A stretch of DNA of 32,583 nucleotides from a virus. Taxonomy: Duplodnaviria > Caudoviricetes. Location of the stretch: positions 1-32,583 of IMG/VR virus record IMGVR_UViG_3300024180_000019, one strand, 5' to 3'. Positions 25,289-32,583 of the stretch are shown piece by piece; position 1 is the first letter of the stretch, and each line of letters begins with the position of its first letter. Position numbers and translations under genes: made by a program. The notes under the pieces were generated by a model. That model ran no database searches. It was not told the DNA's origin and saw nothing but the letters and a program-made list of their open reading frames with translations.

Positions 25289-26512
25289 ATGTATAACTTA
25301 AAAAAACAAGTTAAAGAAACTTTAAAATGGAAAAAGAACTCTTTATACTGTGCAGCTAAATTAGGAATTTTAGAATCTGAATATTTAAAACTTAAAAAAG
25401 AAATACTTACAGAAAGAAAAGCAGATAAAAAAAAGAACAAGTTATTATCAAATATATCTAAAGATATAGATGTTACGGAGTCAATTGATCTTGATAAAGG
25501 AACAGGTAAAATATCAGGTACATTTAATCATGAACCTAAAAGTGCAGAAGAAATAATAAAGTTATTAAAGATTAATACAGATATATGGAGATTGTCTCAA
25601 TACTGGAATAAACAAATGGGCAATCACTGGCGGGTTTCTGCTTTAATATCTCAAGTTAAAAATCCAGAGCAAACTCTATTTAAAGATCTACTAGAGAATT
25701 GGAATCCTAAAGTATATAAAATACCTAAAGTAAACTTAAATACTATTAAATCAGATAATCCTGTGTGTGGTGTTATATCACTGCAAGATATTCATTTTGG
25801 TAAAGAAGGTAATGATACTATTGATAAGGACTTTGAGGATACAATTATATACTTAATGCAGAAGGCCATACCAGTTAATTATATAGAAAGAATGTATTTT
25901 GTTGTAGGGGGTGATTTAATTAACATGGATACGTTTAATGGAGCAACTACTGGTGGTACTCCTTTAGATAACTGTATGAGCGCTACAGAAGCTTATACGC
26001 AAGCTTTTGATGCCATGCATTGGGCAATCAATTATATTAAAGCTTTATGTAAAGAATTAGTAATTGTATATGTTCCTGGAAATCATGACAGATTATCATC
26101 ATATCACTTAGCTCATGCATTATCTAAGTCTATACAAAGTGATGAAATCATCTGGGATATCAAATATGAAGAGAGAAAAGTTCATGTTTGGCATGATAAC
26201 TTTAATGCATTTGAGCATGGTGATAAACGAAGTAAGAATAATCCTTTAATATACGCTTCAGAATATCCAAAAGAATGGGGTTCTACTAAGAATAGAACAT
26301 TGTTTAAAGGGCATATACATACTGATAGAAAGGTAGAATATATGACCTCTAATGAAACAGCAGGTTTTATAGAGAAAACATTACCTAGTTTAGGTAAAGC
26401 AGATTATTATCATTATAGCAACAAGTATGTATGTAATAGAAGGTCTGGTAAATTAGAACTTCAACACCCTACTATGGGTAATATATGTGAATTAACTTAT
26501 CAAGCCTTGTAA
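25289..26512 (+). CDS. Calcineurin-like metallophosphoesterase (407 aa)
   Basis: All five metal-binding motifs are present: DIHFG, GGDLIN, VPGNHD, HGD, GHIH. Confidence 0.88.
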   Translation: MYNLKKQVKETLKWKKNSLYCAAKLGILESEYLKLKKEILTERKADKKKNKLLSNISKDIDVTESIDLDKGTGKISGTFNHEPKSAEEIIKLLKINTDIWRLSQYWNKQMGNHWRVSALISQVKNPEQTLFKDLLENWNPKVYKIPKVNLNTIKSDNPVCGVISLQDIHFGKEGNDTIDKDFEDTIIYLMQKAIPVNYIERMYFVVGGDLINMDTFNGATTGGTPLDNCMSATEAYTQAFDAMHWAINYIKALCKELVIVYVPGNHDRLSSYHLAHALSKSIQSDEIIWDIKYEERKVHVWHDNFNAFEHGDKRSKNNPLIYASEYPKEWGSTKNRTLFKGHIHTDRKVEYMTSNETAGFIEKTLPSLGKADYYHYSNKYVCNRRSGKLELQHPTMGNICELTYQAL

Positions 26513-26549
26513 AGACCTCACTTTTATTTCATTAAGTGGGGTTTTTTTT
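26511..26549 (+). terminator. Intrinsic terminator
   Basis: GACCTCACTT / AAGTGGGGTT stem running into 8 T. Confidence 0.75.
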
Positions 26550-26570
26550 GTAAATTATAAATGTAACTGT

Positions 26571-27134
26571 ATGATAAATAATTTTAAGAAACCAAATCTA
26601 AAAGGCCCAAGATATAGGGCTAAAAGGCTTGGATTGTTAAATGCAAAAACAATTAAAGAATTTAAGGAAAAGAACCCTTTATATTCTGATATAGATAATA
26701 ATAAATTAAAAAATATAATTAAAACATATAATGTTAGACTTTGGAAAGCTGTAATAGATAATAGAGATGGTGTTGAGTTGCCTGATTCTTTAGGTTATTT
26801 ATTTATAGGAACATGCCCTTCATCAAAATTTAATACTAATTATTCGTTATCAAATCAATATGGTAAGGTTTTACAAAATAAAAATTGGGATACAGACGGT
26901 AATTTAGGTAAAATATTCTATACAAATTACTCAACTAAGTATAGGTTTAAAAATAGAGAGCTATGGGGATTTATAGCATGTAGAGACTTTAAAAGATCAG
27001 TGGCTAAGAGTTACCCTATAAACTGGACTAAATATCTAGTAATGAAAAATAAATATAAAGTTGCTCACTTATATGATGAGAATCCTGAAGAAACTAAGAA
27101 AACATTAGAAAATTATAATGAATTTGAAAAATAA
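26571..27134 (+). CDS. Basic IHF/HU-like DNA-binding protein (187 aa)
   Basis: K-rich. The IIKTYN...AVIDNRDGVELPDSLGYLFI and WGFIACRDFKRSV patterns match the divergent IHF-like gene found before tail genes in crAss-like phages. Confidence 0.55.
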   Translation: MINNFKKPNLKGPRYRAKRLGLLNAKTIKEFKEKNPLYSDIDNNKLKNIIKTYNVRLWKAVIDNRDGVELPDSLGYLFIGTCPSSKFNTNYSLSNQYGKVLQNKNWDTDGNLGKIFYTNYSTKYRFKNRELWGFIACRDFKRSVAKSYPINWTKYLVMKNKYKVAHLYDENPEETKKTLENYNEFEK

Positions 27135-27139
27135 AAAAC

Positions 27140-27814
27140 ATGGCAACAATAGCAGACGCAGTATCTAGAATTAGAGGCCAAGTAAAAGCAGGAGTTCAAG
27201 ATGCTTTTGTTACTGATAGATATATTTATAGCTTGATAGAAAAGTATGCTCAGTTTCTAATGAGAAGGCAGGACTATGCAAATAAGTTATTAAAGTTTAA
27301 CTCAGTGTGGAAAACATTACCTTATGTTGAATTAATTGATGTAGATAAAGTTGAAGCTCACTGTGCTGGTATACAAAGCGGTTGTACAATTAAACGTACA
27401 AAACTAAGACTACCTTCAATGTTTGAAGGCTACTGGGGTCCACTAATTCGTACTATTAGTTCAATAGATGGATCACAAGAACTACAGGGAACTCAACCAG
27501 GTACGTATACCTCATTAACAAAAAGCACTTCTTTTAGATATAACAAAACATTATACTTCTGGTGGTTAGATGGATATATTTATTGTCCAAATATTGCATG
27601 GGACGCAATTAAAGTTGAAGGTGTATTTGATTCAGACATAACTAAATGGGATTGTGATACAGAAAATGATTGCACTCCTAGATATAATCAAGAAATTTAT
27701 ATACCAGAAGCATTGTTTGCAGAAATAGAAAATCAAGTTATTGCTACTATGTCAGGCACATTACAGATACCATCTGAAGATTCAGACAATAAACGTAACC
27801 TAGCAAGAACTTAA
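27140..27814 (+). CDS. Probable tail ring protein (224 aa)
   Basis: N-terminal helical pair, IKRTKLRLP, YFWWLDGYIY, IKVEGVF and C-terminal SEDSDN resemble crAss ring proteins; synteny agrees. Confidence 0.6.
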   Translation: MATIADAVSRIRGQVKAGVQDAFVTDRYIYSLIEKYAQFLMRRQDYANKLLKFNSVWKTLPYVELIDVDKVEAHCAGIQSGCTIKRTKLRLPSMFEGYWGPLIRTISSIDGSQELQGTQPGTYTSLTKSTSFRYNKTLYFWWLDGYIYCPNIAWDAIKVEGVFDSDITKWDCDTENDCTPRYNQEIYIPEALFAEIENQVIATMSGTLQIPSEDSDNKRNLART

Positions 27815-27825
27815 AAATTATAACA

Positions 27826-28773
27826 ATGGGAGTATCACAAAAATATAGAACATTTAGCCAATTAATGGAAGACGTATCTATTGATTTTTCTACTTATGCG
27901 TTAGAAGGAATGATAGAACCTGCTCAACTGATTAAAGTTGCACAAAGAGTAAACTATGATTTAGGGTTACGTATTCATAGAACTAAGGAAGTAGTTATAG
28001 ATATAGAGCATGGTAGAGGTCAGATGCCTATGGATTTTCAATATTTAAATTATGCATTTAGATGCGGTGAATATAAGATTAATAGTTCTATGCCGTCAGG
28101 TACACATATAGAAACATTTAATGATGTACCATATGTTCCAGCACCCGGAGATACAGCACCATGTGAAGATGGAGTAGCATGTAAGAGCGTATGTGTTGTT
28201 AAAACATGTGATGATAAAAATGAATATCAATTAGTTCAAAGGATTGGTCCTAGTCAATTTAGAACTTTTACAAGCTGGACTGAATTAAGAATAAAAGACG
28301 TAAATGATAAAGTGTGTTATTGTCCAAGCTTAGGTGCTCAAGCATTAGATATAGCTGAGATTAAAGATAATTTTTTGGTGACTACATTTACAACAGGCAA
28401 AGTTTATTTGAGTTATCAGGGTGCTATGGAAAATGCTCAAGGTGACTTATTAGTTTTAGATCAACCATATTGCAATGAATATTATGAATATGCAATAAAG
28501 CAAAGGATACTAGAAAATATGATCTGGAATGGAGAAAATGTATCTCAGCAACTACAGCTAGTAGAATCTAGATTGAGAGGAGCAAGAAACAATGCTTTAG
28601 GTTTTGTTAATACACCTAACTTCCAAGAAATGCGAAAAGTTTGGAATATGAATAGAAGAGCTCAGTATCATAATTACTATAATATGTTTTTAAGTTATGC
28701 TCCTGCAAATCCTAGATTAGCTACAGCACCAACTTTATCATCAAGTTCATCAGCATCATGCCCAACTTGTTAA
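27826..28773 (+). CDS. Probable tail tubular/ring protein (315 aa)
   Basis: IDIEHGRGQMPMDF and TTFTTGKVYLSY...GDLLVLD resemble P22 gp4-like crAss tail tubular proteins. Directly precedes the muzzle-type gene. Confidence 0.6.
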   Translation: MGVSQKYRTFSQLMEDVSIDFSTYALEGMIEPAQLIKVAQRVNYDLGLRIHRTKEVVIDIEHGRGQMPMDFQYLNYAFRCGEYKINSSMPSGTHIETFNDVPYVPAPGDTAPCEDGVACKSVCVVKTCDDKNEYQLVQRIGPSQFRTFTSWTELRIKDVNDKVCYCPSLGAQALDIAEIKDNFLVTTFTTGKVYLSYQGAMENAQGDLLVLDQPYCNEYYEYAIKQRILENMIWNGENVSQQLQLVESRLRGARNNALGFVNTPNFQEMRKVWNMNRRAQYHNYYNMFLSYAPANPRLATAPTLSSSSSASCPTC

Positions 28774-28787
28774 AGAGATAATATACC

Positions 28788-31700
28788 ATGGCTAAAAGTA
28801 GATCTTCTAAAAATACACAACCACAAGGATCATCTTCAGTAAACACAAATGGTTTTACTAAAGGTATGAATAAAGATGTTGCACCTTCATTTGAAGGGCC
28901 TCAATCTTGGTGGCATGCTCGTAATGCAGTAAATAACTCAGAAGATGGTGATCTAGGTATGATAGGTAATGAACCATCTAACTTGCAGTGTGGTGTTATT
29001 CCATATACTGTAATTGGAGCTATACATAGATATGCTGATGAATGGGTAATATATTCTACAGATGATATTAATTCTGAGATAGGAAGGTTTGATGATAGTC
29101 AATGCAAGTATGAAACTATTGTAAATGACAAGTGCTTAAACTTTAATAGAAAGTTTTTAATAACCGGAGCAGCAAAAGAAAACTTTGATTGTACATGGCA
29201 GGTATACTGGGATGATGCTAATAATCCATCTCGTACTTTAAATATTGATAATGTACCATGGAATCAATTTCAAGTATCTGGTCCTGAAATTAACGGCTCT
29301 GATTGTGTAGAATATGAAGATGTAGTACCAAGAAGTTTAAACTGTGAAAAGATTAGACTTGCTCCATTGGTAGATACACCATGTATTGTACTATCTAAAT
29401 CAGTTGACTCAGGTATAATTGCTAATGGAGCTTATCAAGCTTTTATAGCATATGTAGAAAATGAACAAAAAGTTACTGATTACATAGGTGTTTCAAATAT
29501 ACAAACCATATGGAGTCATCTTGGTACAAGTGGATCTTTAGATATTGAAGTTAGTAATTTAGATAAGGAATATGAATACTATGAACTTGTAATATTAAGA
29601 AGAAACCAAGGTCAAACTTCAGCTAAGAAGATAGGTATATACAGCGTTCAACAAAAAAATATAAACATTGATTTTATAGATGAGTCTTTAACTTCTGTTA
29701 ATCTAGTAGAAATACCATTACGTAGTCCTGCTTATGAAAAGTCTGAATCAATGTTTGTTGTTAATGACTGGCTAATACGTCAAGGTCCCGTTGAGCAATT
29801 TGATTTTAATTATCAACCAATAGCAAATGAAATAAAAGTAAACTGGGTAACTAATTCTTTAAGCTCAAGTTATTATTATAAAGGAGGTAATAAATTTAAC
29901 TTTTTACGTGATGAGCAATATGCATTCTTTATAAGGTGGATATACAATACAGGTGAAAGATCTTCTTCTTATCATATTCCAGGTAGAGCACCGGAACAGT
30001 TTACTACACCTCTAGGAGAAGAATATAGTGAAGACGAAATAATATATGGTGATAATGTATTAAGCCCAAATGGTGATCCGTTATTTAAAGTATATAACAC
30101 AGCTTCAGTAGAAAATTTGTTTGAAAATACTGTACTTCCTGATGATAGTTTATTAACATCATCTGGTAAAATGGGTTATTGGGAATCAACAGAAAGATAT
30201 CCAAATGAACCTGATATATGGGGTGACCTATGCGGAAAACCAATTAGACATCACAAAATGCCTTCTGAAGAGACAGGGCCAACTCTTCATTTATCAAATA
30301 CAGGCGGTGATAATATAAACATATTAGGTGTTCAATTTAAAAACATTGGTAGACCTAAGTTTAACGATGGAACTTATATACCTAACGTTGTAGGATATGA
30401 AATACTTAGAGGTTCTAGATTAGGTGCAAAGTCAATATTAGGAAAGGGTATATTTAGAAATATGCGTGAGTATACTATTCCTAATGGTGAGAATTTAATT
30501 GGTGGAAATGTACAAGGTTTATATCCTAATTATCCGTATAATGATTTAAGAGCTGATGTATATTTTCATGATGGTAATGCTAATTCAATTCATAGAACTG
30601 AGGGTTGTGATACTTATTCACAATCAATAACAAACTTTAAACCTTTAACAGGATATTCTAAAAGTGTATTTAGTTTTTCATCTCCTGATTTAATGTTTAC
30701 TAAACCATTTCTGAATGCTTATGAAACAAGGATTTATGGAGAAGTAAGTGGTAATTCTAGTGGTTACTTTAAAGCATCAGAAGATCATCCTCAATTTAAA
30801 TTACTAAGAAATGGAGCTGCAATAGTATCTTCTATTATTGGTGTTGGTTATGCTATGCATAAAGTATTAGGAACAAGAAGCAAAACTATAGAAGGTGCTA
30901 AAGGTAATTATCAATTAAATGATTGGTCTAGTTTTTTTGGTAGCGGTCTTTCGACCGGTCCTTTTGGTGCAAACTTTGCATCCAATGTTACTGTTGTAGG
31001 AACTGCTCTTCTAGCACAGACAGCAACTCAACTTGTATTAGACGAATTACTTGATAATTTTATTGGTTTAGCTGATCTTTATGTAGGTGGTACAGCAACA
31101 CAGGCACAAGATATTCTTACTGCTTCAGCTCAAACAGCACTGGGTGCTTTACCTGGTGTATTAGGAGGTACAACAACTATTACACAATCTAATGATTCAT
31201 CAGAGTCATCATTACCATCGTTTGTAAGACTAATTGTTGGTAATTTAATGGCTAAAACTAATATTGCAATAGGTGGAGATGAGATATTAGAATTAATTTA
31301 TAACTTAGTTAATAAATCTGATTTTGTATTTAAGTATAATTCTTATGGATTTTTTAATTCATTTGATAAAAATAACACGGGATTATTTAGAATTAAAAAT
31401 ACAGATTCAAATTACTTAGGTCAATCATTTCAGTCATTTGATAGCGGAAAATATAAAATCAATAATTTATTTAGACCATCTACTGTTGCTGTTTCTTTAA
31501 ATAAAGATATTGCTGATCCATCTATAATTGATACATCAAGATTTACAATTGGTGGAGATGTTAATACAAATGGTATAACAGATGATTATGGTGATGATCT
31601 TTTAACTGACCCATCAACTAAACAAAAAAGAACTATATCAGCTTATTATGGCGCTCTTAAATTTAATTTTGATAATCAATATGGTCAGCTATCTGGTATA

Positions 31701-32583
31701 AAGCAAGTTCAAATGAGAGGTTGTGTTCAGCTTTTAGATGATACGAAACCTGATGAATATTTATATACTAGTGATCCAATATTTTCTGGTGATACTTTTG
31801 TATCTAGATATACTGAAAAAGTTATAATGCCAATATTTGCACAATATTTATTAGGACAACCTGATGAGTTTACTTATGATTACTCTCAACATGTTAATAT
31901 ACCTTATCCTAGATTTTGGTTAAACTCTCAAAAATTTGATATGAGTGTTTTGGCTAGTGAAATTTCAACTTTAACTTTTGCAACTTCTAGTGAATTAGAT
32001 GCTAAGTTTCCTAACGATTTATTTTATTTAGATAGAGGAGAAAATAGTTGTGGTTCAGGTTTAGGTGCAATCTTTGGTACTAATGGTGATCCTAATCCTA
32101 AGTTTTCTATGAGATACGCATATATGTATTCTCATGTTAATGGTATATTAGACTTTTTTGTTGAATCTGATATAAATTTAGATCAGAGAGATTGGGAAGA
32201 TGAACCCAAAAAGAAAATATATAGTATATATGACAATAATGATATAGATGAACTTTTCCATGCTAAGATAGAAAAGGATGATAACTTTTATAAGTACGAT
32301 GAGTCATTAAGTACAAGCAAGTTTCCTACACAATTATCTTCATTTGGTGAGATACAACCTTTAGACTATGATCCTTACACGGCAGAGTCTTGTTTTGTAA
32401 ATTACCCTAAGAGACTAATATACTCTTTACAAGCTCAAGAGGAATCTAAAAGAGATTATTGGAGAGTGTTTTTAAATTTTAATTACAGAGATTTTAAAAA
32501 TGAGGTTAGTGTTATCAAGCCAATTAATAAAAGTGGTGCTATAATATTCTTTCCTTATCTATCACCTCAAATGTTTCAAGGAC
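28788..32583 (+). CDS. Large tail stabilisation/'muzzle'-type protein, 3'-truncated (>1265 aa), not in the ORF track
   Basis: Starts MAKSRSSKN...FTKGMNKD...WWHARNAVNNSEDGDLGMIGNEPSN. Contains VYWDDANNPSRTLNID and FLRDEQYAFFIRW. Still in frame at the window end (...PINKSGAIIFFPYLSPQMFQG). The FxKGMNKD...NE start is typical of crAss-like tail stabilisation proteins. Confidence 0.75.
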   Translation, partial: MAKSRSSKNTQPQGSSSVNTNGFTKGMNKDVAPSFEGPQSWWHARNAVNNSEDGDLGMIGNEPSNLQCGVIPYTVIGAIHRYADEWVIYSTDDINSEIGRFDDSQCKYETIVNDKCLNFNRKFLITGAAKENFDCTWQVYWDDANNPSRTLNIDNVPWNQFQVSGPEINGSDCVEYEDVVPRSLNCEKIRLAPLVDTPCIVLSKSVDSGIIANGAYQAFIAYVENEQKVTDYIGVSNIQTIWSHLGTSGSLDIEVSNLDKEYEYYELVILRRNQGQTSAKKIGIYSVQQKNINIDFIDESLTSVNLVEIPLRSPAYEKSESMFVVNDWLIRQGPVEQFDFNYQPIANEIKVNWVTNSLSSSYYYKGGNKFNFLRDEQYAFFIRWIYNTGERSSSYHIPGRAPEQFTTPLGEEYSEDEIIYGDNVLSPNGDPLFKVYNTASVENLFENTVLPDDSLLTSSGKMGYWESTERYPNEPDIWGDLCGKPIRHHKMPSEETGPTLHLSNTGGDNINILGVQFKNIGRPKFNDGTYIPNVVGYEILRGSRLGAKSILGKGIFRNMREYTIPNGENLIGGNVQGLYPNYPYNDLRADVYFHDGNANSIHRTEGCDTYSQSITNFKPLTGYSKSVFSFSSPDLMFTKPFLNAYETRIYGEVSGNSSGYFKASEDHPQFKLLRNGAAIVSSIIGVGYAMHKVLGTRSKTIEGAKGNYQLNDWSSFFGSGLSTGPFGANFASNVTVVGTALLAQTATQLVLDELLDNFIGLADLYVGGTATQAQDILTASAQTALGALPGVLGGTTTITQSNDSSESSLPSFVRLIVGNLMAKTNIAIGGDEILELIYNLVNKSDFVFKYNSYGFFNSFDKNNTGLFRIKNTDSNYLGQSFQSFDSGKYKINNLFRPSTVAVSLNKDIADPSIIDTSRFTIGGDVNTNGITDDYGDDLLTDPSTKQKRTISAYYGALKFNFDNQYGQLSGIKQVQMRGCVQLLDDTKPDEYLYTSDPIFSGDTFVSRYTEKVIMPIFAQYLLGQPDEFTYDYSQHVNIPYPRFWLNSQKFDMSVLASEISTLTFATSSELDAKFPNDLFYLDRGENSCGSGLGAIFGTNGDPNPKFSMRYAYMYSHVNGILDFFVESDINLDQRDWEDEPKKKIYSIYDNNDIDELFHAKIEKDDNFYKYDESLSTSKFPTQLSSFGEIQPLDYDPYTAESCFVNYPKRLIYSLQAQEESKRDYWRVFLNFNYRDFKNEVSVIKPINKSGAIIFFPYLSPQMFQG

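Noticed and set aside
1-32583. Stop-codon reassignment (TAG or TGA), known in some crAss-like phages
   Set aside because: Genes are full length and tightly packed under the standard code. TAG ends four genes at sensible positions, two of them followed by terminators. TGA is not used as a stop in the called genes, but nothing requires it as a sense codon.
1-32583. tRNA or rRNA genes
   Set aside because: Intergenic gaps are at most about 130 nt and none shows a cloverleaf or T-loop consensus.

Overview
AT-rich, densely coding, all-plus-strand virion-morphogenesis region of a large tailed phage. Gene order and recognisable motifs point to a crAss-like (Crassvirales-related) podovirus, probably with a Bacteroidota host, since starts are A-rich and lack obvious Shine-Dalgarno sites. 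The order is: terminase large subunit (5'-truncated), portal, acidic scaffold-like protein, major capsid protein, conserved structural genes, a ~12.5 kb accessory fibre/adhesin block (12.7-25.2 kb), a metallophosphoesterase, an IHF/HU-like protein, two probable tail ring proteins, and a large tail 'muzzle'/stabilisation-type ORF running off the 3' end. That last ORF and a 55-aa Cys-rich ORF are missing from the supplied track. The most interesting signals are: (i) an apparent daisy chain of fibre proteins with repeated C-terminal 'socket' domains followed by matching N-terminal 'plug' peptides; (ii) a DUF285/BspA-like tip protein with nucleotide-identical constant segments alternating with variable ones; (iii) pervasive cysteine enrichment in putative virion proteins; (iv) a recurring promoter motif fused to terminators; and (v) a 3'-UTR hairpin whose loop is antisense to a motif in several translation-initiation regions. 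All product calls come from motif recognition and synteny by eye; no database searches were run.
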